Positions 10,122 through 21,428 of a stretch of DNA of 64,000 nucleotides are shown here, piece after piece. Every line of letters starts with the position of its first letter. Position 1 is the stretch's first letter. The notes under the pieces were generated by a model. That model searched no databases and was not told where the DNA came from. It saw only the letters and a list, made by a program, of their open reading frames with translations. The translations under genes were made by a program, and so were the position numbers. This DNA is from Dimargaris cristalligena (lineage: Eukaryota), in NCBI GenBank assembly GCA_003614675.1, contig ML002213.1:1-64000 (forward strand), written 5' to 3'.

Positions 10122-11477
10122 TTAGCAGATGTCGAACATATCCACCGCTCCAGTGACATTGCGGTTGCCCATAATACGCCCACCAGCGAAAATGACCATA
10201 CAGTCACCCACCGTGGCCACTGATGCACCGGTGCGGGGGATATGGAAGCCCATGTAGTTACTCTCACTGGTCACCCACTTTTGGGTATGAGTGTTGTACA
10301 CATCAATCGTCTTGGTCACAAGCCCGGACTGGTCGTTGATCAATCCGCCGCCGAATAAGACGAACTTGTTGCTAGCAAGGGAAGCGGTAGCGATTTGGGA
10401 ACGGGCTTCGGACAGCTGGAGTTTACCCCCTTGGTCCTTAGCGAGCCAGTGGGCGGAGGACTTGGTGGATTTAGCGAGGCCAACATCAAGCACTTCGACG
10501 TTGGCGGAAAAAGTGGAGCCCGACGGGCTGCTGCCTGGGCTAGAGGGCGCCGTACGACCGCCGGCATAGAAGAAGTAGCGACCGGCCAGAAGACCAACTG
10601 CTTCAAGCACCGCGGTCGACAGGTTGGGACCATTGATGAACAGGCTGTCAGATGATTTATCAGTTAGGCCTTCGTTGGATTTGAGGGACGTGGTAGTGAT
10701 GAGTCGGGTACGCTGGTCGACCTTCTGAACGGGTCGCACTTCGTTGGGGTTTTCGAAGTAATTGCCCCCTACGAGGACGCCCTTAACACTGGACTGCGAA
10801 GCCGGATCAGCGGCGGAATCCGGCGAGGATAGCATAGAGCCAGTGGCCGGACCAAATGAGAAATACGGTATAGCCGAGGACGAGCTTCCTGCCTTCATAA
10901 CCGAAGAGGTCCATTGCAACTTAGCATCCACCATGTCCACCGTAGTCGACGCAACCATGGGGCTGTTACCAGTAGCCGCACTGGCGTCCGCCGAGCCACT
11001 GACAAAGACCACTCGGTCGCCTAGACTCAGGGCCTGGATATTGGCACGCGGCAACGATAAACGCGCGGGTGGATTGAGCCACTGACCCGTCTGGGTATCG
11101 TAAATATCCACCACGTCACTGTAGGCGCTGGTGCCACTCACCATACCTCCGGCGAACAGAACGTACCGGTTAGCCAGGGTGGCACCGACCATGGACCGCC
11201 GGGCTTGGGATACATTCGAAGCGGACCATGTGTTGGTTTGGTGGTCGTAAACATCGACTAGAGTGGTGGGCTCGCCGACGTTATCTTCGCCACCGGCAAA
11301 AATGGCGTACCGGGAGGTACTGGCCACCGCCATGGCGGAACGCGAGTCTTTCAACCAGACGTTCTGGTAGTTCCAGGTGGGAACATCGCTGGAGCTGTCC
11401 AAGGGAGCGGGGTGGACCAGGGGGGCGGTGGTCAGCAGGATGGGAAGGATGAGGGTGGACCAATAGCTGTATTTCAT
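10122..11477 (-). CDS. Secreted Kelch-repeat beta-propeller protein, 451 aa, intronless
   Basis: Signal peptide MKYSYWSTLILPILLTTAPLVHP, then about six Kelch-type blades with (F/Y)AGG...VDVYD...W motifs (FAGGED..VDVYD..W, FAGGMV..VDIYD..W, YAGGRT..VEVLD, FGGGL..IDVYN..W, FAGGRI..VDMFD). Confidence 0.9.
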   Translation of the reverse strand: MKYSYWSTLILPILLTTAPLVHPAPLDSSSDVPTWNYQNVWLKDSRSAMAVASTSRYAIFAGGEDNVGEPTTLVDVYDHQTNTWSASNVSQARRSMVGATLANRYVLFAGGMVSGTSAYSDVVDIYDTQTGQWLNPPARLSLPRANIQALSLGDRVVFVSGSADASAATGNSPMVASTTVDMVDAKLQWTSSVMKAGSSSSAIPYFSFGPATGSMLSSPDSAADPASQSSVKGVLVGGNYFENPNEVRPVQKVDQRTRLITTTSLKSNEGLTDKSSDSLFINGPNLSTAVLEAVGLLAGRYFFYAGGRTAPSSPGSSPSGSTFSANVEVLDVGLAKSTKSSAHWLAKDQGGKLQLSEARSQIATASLASNKFVLFGGGLINDQSGLVTKTIDVYNTHTQKWVTSESNYMGFHIPRTGASVATVGDCMVIFAGGRIMGNRNVTGAVDMFDIC

Positions 11478-14400
11478 GATGGATTACGTCGTAGTTGTGG
11501 TGAAGAGGGGAAAAGGAGAAGGGAGATGTGGGGTATACGGTCTATGCCAGGTGTTCACACAGCAGGGGTAGAGAGGTTCAATGTGGGGAAGAAAGTGTGC
11601 TGCAGCAGCGGGGGGTCAAACAAGTAAGACGTGGTCCTGGGTGTAAATACTCAGGCCACAGTATATTAGAGAATAGTGAAATAAAGTACGCTGGAGTGAG
11701 GGACGAGGAGGATTATATATATATGCAAATGCCCAATCTCTGAATAAGCGTAAACAGCCGCGTGGAAAGGACAGCCCAATCAGTCGGGGTCAGGGAGACA
11801 GGGTCGACAGATGATTCACAAGATGGCCCGTTGGGTAGTGTCGATGACGAGTGTGAATCAGTCAAGCGGGAGATTCCGATGGACGAAGGAGACTGGGAGG
11901 GTGGCGGTAAAAAGATTGGAATAAGATTGGTAAGGGAGAGTACAGTAGTTACAACCAGGAAATAAGGGGGAGAGAAAGGTGGCAGGTAGTACCAATTGAA
12001 TGAAGGTGGGATAGGGTTTTTTGGCATTGCCGCGGCGAGCGGGGGGCTTTATATAGTGCTAGCCAGAAGAAAATAGAGGTGGCGATGAAGGGAAGGAATT
12101 CATATCCCAGGGTAAAAATAGACCGGTGGCTCCCCAGTGGTGGGAAATGACGCTGCATACAGCTTCTGGACATTCCTCCTTGAACCCAGTGATTCGTTGG
12201 AGTATATGCGCATAGACGGCATCTATGACGGGGGGATTTGGTACTGAGGGAGTCCCTCTGGCTTGGGTCTGCATATGTCTGAACGGGTAATAGGGGGTCG
12301 TCATCCTCCCCTGTGGGGGGCTCCTTCCTTCCTTTCTTCCTTACGAAGTAATGCCAACCCCACATTGCTAAATGAAACCAATACATGTTCCCTTCCCGTC
12401 TCACTTGCTTAATCTAGGATAGCCTGTTATCACCTCCCTTCCGCTCAGTTTGTCTCAATTAATAAGCCCTCTAGGTCAGTATCCCACTCGGCATGACCAG
12501 GCTCCATCACCAAGCCACGAAGAGCACAGAGGAGGTTGAGAGTGAGAGTGAAGATCCTCTTGCGTACAAAGCAGTGCGGTTAAATTGGAAGTTGTATATC
12601 CTACCAATAAACGATGCATACCCCCCTCTCCCTACTAACCTCACTAGGCCTATAACAAAAAATAGATGATTGAATAATTAACCAATACCCTATTACCCAA
12701 TGGCGAGTCACCGGCGATGATCAGGGTGGAAGGTCATGGGAGATCACCGAGGCGCGGTTAAATGCACTGCGGCAAGGAGAGAGAGGAGGGGGGCAGCGCC
12801 TACTACCCGACACTTTAATGGGTAGTAGTTACTGTCCATCCCTAGCGTGTAACCCGCCACCGGGACTTACAAGAGAAGGCGATTTTCAATGAAGGCCAAT
12901 ATCAATCTTATTGGGATTCTGTTACTCGACCTCACTTACTTCCACCCAAGATCAACCTCGACCGACCGACTGAAAGAAATACGATTCGCCAATCCGGTAG
13001 CAAGAGGTCGACGGGCGATGGCTCTAACCCCTTAGGAGGCCGAGAGCACCCCAAAGTGTCCCCTTCTGTTTTTAGTTTTAGCTTACAAAGCACAGGCAGG
13101 GAATATTCATAGATCCATAGGACTTACTGGGGCTATTGCTATTGATCCGCATGGAGTGGCGGCGCACTGGTCACATCCATCGAATCCTCCAACTGGGTTG
13201 GCAAATCCTCCCAGATTGTGGGAGTCGCGTAAAAATAGCCCGCTGGTATGGTGAACTTCCCCCCTCCCTTCCTTCCCACTCTCTCACATTTTAGTCAATA
13301 TATTTGGCGAGCAATCAAACTCGCTCATGAAACAGACCCACCCATTCACTCTCCCGCAGGTTTATTTCCCCGTATATATGGTAGGCACCCCTCCCATCAG
13401 CTGACCCACCGATATATAATCCAGGCGAATATTGCCAAGTTTTCGACACAGAAGCCGTGGTCCGTTTGGTGGGTCTCCACTTATAATCTATTTTAGGACC
13501 ATTTATAAATACGGCGATTTTCGGCCAGGGTCAATAGACGAAAGTGGCCCACAACCCTGTGAGAATTCCCACCTTTCGAGGGTTTGTTTGGGTGGCAATC
13601 GGTATCCACTGCATAGGTGAGGTGTCGGCCATGCTGGGGCAGGCATTTAACTAATTGACCTCCAGCGATATAGTAGAGATTGGGCTCCACGCGCTATATA
13701 TTTGTGTATGGATTGATCACAGCTTATCAAGGGTTTGCTTATTTTTACATAGGCCGGCCAATCATAGCACCAGAAGATGGAGTAGTATAGTGTAGTGAGC
13801 CAGTTACTACAGCTTTAACTGTGACCATAGCTGCCTTTGGCAGCATTGCCATGGGGCGATGAAGTTGGCTAAATTGGGTGAAGCATCTCTGAGTAGCCAC
13901 TTGGCGAGCGTCTCCATCAGTGTGAATATTAACGGTCCGAGTACTGGTTTACGCTACTCTGCGGGCCTTTCGTAACCTACTATAAGCCAGTCCGCATCGT
14001 TTATTGTACTTTCCCGCTGGGTCTGTATTACTATATCACTGATTGTATTGGGAATACGACTCAAAATATTGGATTTTGAAATAAGGCTGTTTTCCATCCC
14101 CACCAGGGATTATTTTCAGCCCTAAATCGCTAGGCGGCCCTCCCCAAAAGGTCAACCATTCAAAATACCGGTAATGTATTCCACATTTTATCTGAACATG
14201 GCCTGTCCTATTATTTTTCACTCATCCCTTCTTCTCTACTTTGGTAAATCCCGATTTTCCAGAACCCAACAGAATAGCAAAAAGCCAATTATAACTGATA
14301 TATATTGGTGTATATACAGGCCCAAGGGAGCGGAAGAGGGGGGCGCTCGACGAAATCACCCGAATAGATTTTACGACCGATTCTCCAGGGTTTCTCCAGG

Positions 14401-15275
14401 CCATATTGGAAATCTAGCTGGAAGATTATTTTGCCGACCTGGCTAGTCCGTGATTTATCTATTGGTGGCTGAATATATTCGTCAATTTAGGGGCGGATTG
14501 GGTGCCTATGTTATTTATTCTTTTAGCATTTCCCACCGCCTCCCGCCATTCGGTCGGCTCACTCGTCTATGCGTGCACTCAACAGATAGCCACTTTGCCA
14601 AAGTCATTGATTCTCACATTTATAATGGATAAATCAGTAACCACACGGAAATAGAGCTATGCTAAACAGACCAGGGCATGGCCTTTTCCTTCCCTAATCT
14701 ATAAATTCAGGCTTTAGTAGAAGTATGCATGGGGGTTCCCTGCAGCAACTTCCCTGACCAACCGAAACTGTGGCAGTCTTGGCCATGCACGATAGATGGC
14801 CCCCAATTTATTTCCTCCCATCGAATGGGGGATATCTACGGATGACTATTTTATTATGGGGTTTTTAATAGTCGGTGTAATAGGGCCGTGAATTTCACGT
14901 TAACCCGGTAATAGGAAACGGGTGGGACCTCAGCCATTCGGAAGTACTCTCGTAGATTAGCGTAAACGATAGCGGATGTTCTCATTATTCATAGTCAAGC
15001 TAAAAATACTATTTTCGTGGGATTTTGAGTTCACTCAAATGTCCGGCATGCTCGCATGGATGGCACAATAGGGCAATCGAGATACCAAATAGTCGCTGTA
15101 AGATTAATCTAGCCTTTTTTGTCAAAGTGTAAGACTCCAAACTACCACCGGGGCTTGCAATTAATGGATAAGATGCATACATTAGTCTAGTGTGGGTGTA
15201 AACAATCACAATGGTTGGGCCAGGGTGATAACAAACTATGGTGGAATAAAGGGCATATGCTATAATAAAAATACC

Positions 15276-15418
15276 ATATGGGTGAAACTCGGCCCAGCTA
15301 TATAAGGTTTGCATTATACGTGTATGGGAAAATATATGGGAAATGTATTTTTAACTAGTAATAGTGGCCGAATCTAATGGATTTTTCGTAATACAGCTTG
15401 GATGAGCTTCTCCCATAT
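15276..15418 (-). mobile_element. MITE-like interspersed repeat, copy 3 (inverted)
   Basis: Reverse complement reads ATATGGGAGAAGCTCATCCAAGCTGTATTACGAAAAATCCATTAG...GGCCACTATTACTAGTTAAAAATAC...CCCATACACGTATAATG...CCTTATATAGCTGGGCCGAGTTTCACCCATAT, the closest match to copy 1. Confidence 0.82.
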
Positions 15419-18400
15419 AATGCAAAACCATAGCCATCCCTTTATCTAAACAGCTAGCGTGGCCGCAGTTACTCCCCAATTTTACCGGATACATCAATGC
15501 GTCCTACTGGTGCATTTCCCTGGCTACTTGTAGTCTCCCGCCTCGGCCGACGTGAATTCTGCGCTCCTTAGCACTTCCAAAGTCGAATATGAACCATCCC
15601 AGTAAGACTGTCTTGGGACATTTACTATCGCACCTTGTCCTTTAAGCAGTTGGTTTATTTCGGGCCATCTCGCCGGCATCTAGTTTTCTACTACCCTCGT
15701 TATTATGCACCATTGCGTAGCGCGGATGCCCTAGTAAATAGTTGGTCCAAAGATTCACTGACCCATGTGGAGTCATTATGCTAATATTGCGTCAATAATC
15801 GAATGTACCCACGCCATCAGCGACCTAAACCCTGGCCGTTCTAATGCACCTCCGGTGCTCACTAAAATTAGTGCAGCTAATCTGTGGCTTTCTGACTGGC
15901 CCAAGCCAACTAGATGTCGAAAACTCAATGGTTTGCCAAGGAGGACTACATCTGCAAGATAGCCCCTCTTAGATATTGCCCCAACCGCATTCAGATCCGA
16001 ACTACTAAAGTCCTTAACCAGTAATCTACCAAGTTCTCTGGGCCCGGTTGGATTAGGCGCTATTTGCTAGGCGATATGGGCGTTAAACAAAACGGTGCAG
16101 GGTAGCCACTGCATTACAGTGGCTTGAAGCCAGGATTCTGCCGAGGTCGTACGATCCACGACCATTGTGGCATCGGTCGAGTAGGCCCCCTCTCCTCTCA
16201 TGTTCTATCTACTCGTCTCGCCTCCCGGCAATTCCTTTTGAGGTCCCCTTCCACTCACTCAGCCCGATGGCTCGAGCCTAATCAAACCTTAATCGGACAT
16301 CATATATATATTTTTATCTAACTAGATGTACATTTGGCTTATCCGGCCGCCCCCATTGCTGAGTTTTTATCCTCGCCGGGAGCGTACTGCCTGGCCCGGT
16401 GGGGTCTATGCCGTATGATGGGGGTCGATATTACACCTGCCCTTTTCTCTATCGGATGGCTGCGGTCCATGGCATGTTTTTGCTGGGTGGCTCGAGAAGT
16501 CGCTTACATTCTCTCCCCATCTCCTCCTCCTCCTCCATTTCCCTACCCGTGTTATTGTACCACCTTTACTCTCCTTTGTTCACCGACCATTCTATTCTCA
16601 CATGTTGGGTATCCCAACCGAGAGTTAGCCGCTCAGCCCCTATCTCTTCGGTCTCTCGGCCCACTCATGGCGTCAGCGTATGTTACACGTTATATGATCC
16701 ATGCTATGAACCATAGTTCGAATTTCCCTTCCAATATCGTCGTCGACCATTCACTATTTTCATTTGGGTCGTACACCAGCCCCTCTCCTCCCCCCTCTCC
16801 GTTGCGATGGTTTAATCCTTAAGTCGACGTGGTCTCTAAGGGTTGGCTGGGAATGCTTTGGGTAACATCGACTCACACTAGCCATCTTCGATTTTTTCAG
16901 ACACTGGAGAGGGTTTGCCCCGTTCCCCTGTTTTTCTATATCAATTTTTTTTCCTCTTTCGATGATTCCATGCTCCTCAGTTGCCCCGAATTGGGAGAAC
17001 TTGGGTTCTCCTCTTAGTGGCTAGGTCTGGCCTAGATCAAGGCATGATCCATGACGCCAGGTGAGAACGGTTGGTGTAATAGGGCCAATGTAACCTTTGA
17101 CGAAACCCTAACAGCATGGCCGAGAGAAGACCGGCCTGGCCATCATTCATTGGAAAATATATAACCACTATACCATGTAATACGCAGCAATTCATAACAC
17201 TGACTATTGGTGAACCAGATTCCCGTAGCGCCTCGCTGGTCCACTAGAATGTTCTGTGGTGAATACCTTATTCCTCGAGGTAGAGAGGGAGATACCATTT
17301 ACGACCAATATGAGACTGGTAATACTATCCTAAAAATTGGGGAGGGAGGGGCATGGGTCGGTTTTCGCACCAACCAAAATGACCCCCTTTATTTCGGGGG
17401 CGGGGGATACATTTACAAAGACGCACAGCACCCCTATTCCCTCTTTTGGTGCACCTTGTTCTTTTGTCAAATCTATGCCCCCCCCTTCTCTACACCCTCT
17501 TTCATTTCCCATTACCATGCACGCCCATTTAGTGAAGCTCGTGTGGGGTTTCCATTCTTGTATTCGTAAAAACCGGCTCGAATGATGAGGGTTTAGAAAA
17601 ACACCCAGCTCCCCCAGAGGTACACCATGTCGGTATCACATCGCATCTCTTTATCGAGCGCAGTTGATGCTCATAGTCAGCCAAAGTATAATTTTAACAC
17701 ATCTGGACCGAGTCAAAATGCATCATCTCTACCCACAGATGGGGTATTCGCACTCGGCACTTCTCCCTATAGCCCTATAGCCCTTTCTCTTGCTTCCCTC
17801 TATTTTCTCCCATTCACCCGAATCAACGGTGTGGGGAAATGTATACTTAGGTGGCACAAGTGTAGCGATAAGTATATGGATAATATAAGGTTCTATGACT
17901 TGCTCTTATGCCGGATGCTCTCACTTAGTCGGCACCCTGCTCTACCCGGAGTCTGCCTCTGTCTTACTACCATTGGGGATCCTAACTGCACAATAGCCAA
18001 CTTGCTATTATCCCATTTTCAATTTTTTCACTTCATTTTCTTCATTTTATTATTACTCCTCTTCCCCCCTTTTCCCACTTGTCCTACCCACCCTCTCATA
18101 TCTACTCATTGCAAAGAGTTAATGTGGTACCTACAAGTGTGTCTACCGACCGGTCTATGGTATCGAAATCCTGCCCAGTCAAAACCACCCACACACCTGT
18201 GGTTTCCCTGGCCTCGGATAGGGCGATCCGTCCCAATATTGGGGCCATTGCTGAGCTTAAATATATTGATTTATTATTATGCACACCAACCTATACCCGA
18301 AAGTGAAACTCCCCCCCTCTCTCTCCCTAGGAACACCGTCAATCATGAAAAGGCAAAAGTCACTTTGCTAGGTATGCTTAGCCGCCCGCCCGTCTATCTG

Positions 18401-19292
18401 TCTGTCCAACATTGGTAAATTAGGATTGTATCAATTACCAAGGGGATTTCCCTGCCCTCATTGTAGGGTAAACCTGAATGGGGATGGGGAAGTTGGTCGG
18501 GTATGATTAAAGGGGAGGGAGAGGGGGATGCGGGCTAAGTCCAAACTGGCCATCGTGATCAACCGCCTCTAAGAGCGGGGCTGACCATTAAAATTCTGGC
18601 TAAAAATAATAACAGTTCAACTCTTGGGGATAAGTTAGGGCCGTCTAGCAAGTGAGTGAGTTCCAAGCTGATCGAAACATCCCTACCGAGATCTCATTGA
18701 TTTACAGTAGATGCGGGGGAAGAATAGGAGAAGGAGGGGGAAGGGGAAGGTCATGAAACTGACCCAGCTGATTGGCACTGTATCGTTTAATGATACGGTT
18801 ACTTGGGTGTATACAGTCCTGATTTTTCTACCATCGGGAAGTTGGGGGTCCTTTGGATAAGTGCCACTATGGCCCCAGCGTAGCCGGCGTTTCTATTACA
18901 CGGGGTTTTAAAGTAGGAGGCAAAACCAGGCGGGCATCGAGAGCGGGGGCGGGCTAAATGACCCTTCAACCAAATAATACCTAAATCCCCATTCACTGCC
19001 CTCGCTTTTAATCATTAGAGTTATTTCTACATTAATCCATGATGAGACTACTGTTGTATATTTAAGGGAATATATGTGATATTTATATGGTATAATTACA
19101 GGGTAAGGAGAACATTTTATAATCGCAGAGATTACACCTTGACGTAGCTCCAGACGTGAGGATTTTAGGATAAGAACGTGAAAAGTTATTAGGCGGGAAT
19201 TGAACAAAAAAGACCAAAAAAACAACAACAACAACAAAAACAATACTAATCTAAAGGATATAATATAGGTAATGTCACGGTAATATTTTTTT

Positions 19293-21428
19293 CTATTCAA
19301 CTTTGTGGAGACGAGACAGCTCACTTTGGGCCTGGGCCAGCTGGTAGTTGGCCGAATCCAACGAGGTGGTCGTTTCATGGAGCTTATTCATGTACGACTG
19401 GAAGGCCATACCCATTTGGTCAATCTTACTTTCCAGATTGCCGATTTTAGCCAACAGGAGGTCATTGGTGGCTGGGGGCTGGTTATGGTGGTGGAATTCA
19501 GGGACCGAGTGAGTGGCTTGGGCGGAAAATACTGGGGTGGGGGGTTCGCTGCGGGAACGATGAGATTCAACGGCGGATGTCAACAGTGAAGATGTCGACT
19601 CGTTGGGTTTACCCGGGAGAACGGCCGTGGAAAGAAACGGGGAGGAGTTATTGTTATTCAGCGTACCGGTGGAGGGGACTGGGGCCAAGGGGTGCGCATA
19701 GTACTGGGGGCATAGAAGGGTCGCAGTGGCCAGTTGGGTCAGACTATCGACTTGGGATTGATGGTGGTGGTGCACAGCGTGAATGGACTTGGCCGGCTGA
19801 ACGGTAGCGGGCAGGGATTGGTGGGACTCGGGTTGGGAAGGTGTGCTCTTCACGGTGTTACCGAAAACCAAATCATCGCTAGCCCCCAGTCCCTCACCGT
19901 CCTCATAGTCTTCGTCGACCTCTTCGTTGTCGTCGTCGTCTTCTTCTTCTTCTTCTTCTTCATCTTCCTCGCCGCCGGTCTGGGTTTCGGTATCGTAATC
20001 CACACTAGCCCGGCGCTTGGTTCCTCGGCTATCCTCGCCTTCCCGGGTACGTTTCCGACCACCACTAGTGGAGGAGGCGGGGGTGGTGGCGGACCGGACG
20101 GAAGGGGCGGGCGAAGGGTTCTGGACGACCTGTTCGAACGTGGACTGGTCCAAATCGGCGAAGAACTCGCGGACTTCCTCAATGGGGGCATTTTCCAAGC
20201 TGTACGAACTCTTGGGATAATTCCCTTTAGTTTCCTTGCGGGCGTTGTTGGTGTACTCCAAAACACTTTTAATTTCCCGGTGAAAAGGGCAAGCGCGTTG
20301 TTCCCGTAGCGGAACTCGGACGTTATAGTCGCTGGTTTCCTTGTACACCCGGGCCATATTCTTCCACTTGTGCTGGCACTGGACCCAGGTCTTGTCGTAG
20401 CTGGCCTTGCGCAACTCTTGCGCAATTTGCTGCCACAGCACCTTGTTGCGCTTCTTAACGACAAACTCCCAGTTGAGTTGGTTGCGCAGAGTCACAAGCA
20501 GTTTAGTTTCTTCGTGACCCCAGACGGTAATGGTTTTGATATCGCTTTCGGAATTAGTAACAGCAACAGCAGCGGAGGTGGAATTGGCAGTAGTCGTAGT
20601 AGTAATAGTGGCAGTCATGGGAGTGGTGGAAGCGGAAGTGGAGAGTCCAGCAGTAGCACCGGTTGAACCGGCCTGGTGGGAAGCCAAAGGGAGAACGGCA
20701 CGGGGGCTGTTGGGGGCTTGGCCCGCGCGGGGTGGGCTAGCGACTCCCGACCGGGGGGAGGCCGACGTCAGATGATACTGGGGGTTGGAAGGGCTGCCCC
20801 CTACTCCCCGGGCTTTGGCGTAGAATAATTCGCGGTGGTAGGCGGCATCACTACCGGCCGGAACCATAGTGGAGTGAGAGGAAGGGAGGGGACCATTGGT
20901 ATAATAAGCTTGGCCGGTCGATCTCGAAGGAGCTCCCGAAGGGTAGGGGCCGACGGGACTACGCGAAGGGATATCGTGGCGGTAATGTAGGTGGGCGGAG
21001 GAAGAGGCAGCAGCAGCAGACGCGGAGTTATGGGGAAGGGCGTACATGGGTGACCGGTGAGTTCTGCTGTAACGATAGGTACCGTTAGGTTGGGCGGGAG
21101 CCGAGCCGTAGTTGGGTCGGTGCAGAAGTTCAGGGGACAGGGAGTGAGGTTCAGCCCGAAGGAGCGTATGGGAAGACGGGCCACGGTGGTGGGGTTGTTG
21201 TTGGTGTTGGTGTTGTTGGTGGTGGGGAACGGAAGGGTAGTAGGCTATGGCGCGGGAAGCTGCGCTCGGGTCGCCCCGCGGGTAGTGAGCAGCGGTGGAG
21301 GTGGTGTGACGCTCGGTCATAATGACTGGAGGGAGGGAGTTGGAGTCTTTGCGGACGATGGTGCGGGTATTGGGGGTATTAGACATAGTGGATTGACCCG
21401 AGGTGGAACGACGCTGCTGAGGGTTCAT
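19293..21428 (-). CDS. Myb/SANT-like (trihelix/GT-1-type) DNA-binding protein, 711 aa
   Basis: WGHEETKLLVTLRNQLNWEFVVKKRNKVLWQQIAQELRKASYDKTWVQCQHKWKNMARVYKE...CPFHREI matches the Myb_DNA-bind_4/trihelix pattern. It also has a basic NLS-like stretch (RKRTR, TKRR), an acidic tract and a C-terminal coiled coil. First ATG is at 21428. Confidence 0.88.
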   Translation of the reverse strand: MNPQQRRSTSGQSTMSNTPNTRTIVRKDSNSLPPVIMTERHTTSTAAHYPRGDPSAASRAIAYYPSVPHHQQHQHQQQPHHRGPSSHTLLRAEPHSLSPELLHRPNYGSAPAQPNGTYRYSRTHRSPMYALPHNSASAAAASSSAHLHYRHDIPSRSPVGPYPSGAPSRSTGQAYYTNGPLPSSHSTMVPAGSDAAYHRELFYAKARGVGGSPSNPQYHLTSASPRSGVASPPRAGQAPNSPRAVLPLASHQAGSTGATAGLSTSASTTPMTATITTTTTANSTSAAVAVTNSESDIKTITVWGHEETKLLVTLRNQLNWEFVVKKRNKVLWQQIAQELRKASYDKTWVQCQHKWKNMARVYKETSDYNVRVPLREQRACPFHREIKSVLEYTNNARKETKGNYPKSSYSLENAPIEEVREFFADLDQSTFEQVVQNPSPAPSVRSATTPASSTSGGRKRTREGEDSRGTKRRASVDYDTETQTGGEEDEEEEEEEDDDDNEEVDEDYEDGEGLGASDDLVFGNTVKSTPSQPESHQSLPATVQPAKSIHAVHHHHQSQVDSLTQLATATLLCPQYYAHPLAPVPSTGTLNNNNSSPFLSTAVLPGKPNESTSSLLTSAVESHRSRSEPPTPVFSAQATHSVPEFHHHNQPPATNDLLLAKIGNLESKIDQMGMAFQSYMNKLHETTTSLDSANYQLAQAQSELSRLHKVE

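Noticed and set aside
15533-15601. Possible isolated exon (TGTAG|SPASADVNSALLSTSKVEYEPS|GTAAGA)
   Set aside because: I could not link it to a start or further exons, and splice-like motifs of this length occur by chance.
17627-18418. 263-aa ORF on the + strand
   Set aside because: No recognisable domain. It runs through T/C-rich low-complexity DNA (FQFFHFIFFILLLLLF) and looks like a chance ORF.
19253-19261. ATATCCTTT (U12-type donor consensus) on the minus strand, also near 30004-30012
   Set aside because: Both lie downstream of stop codons with no matching U12 branch site or AC acceptor identified. All introns I reconstructed are ordinary GT-AG.
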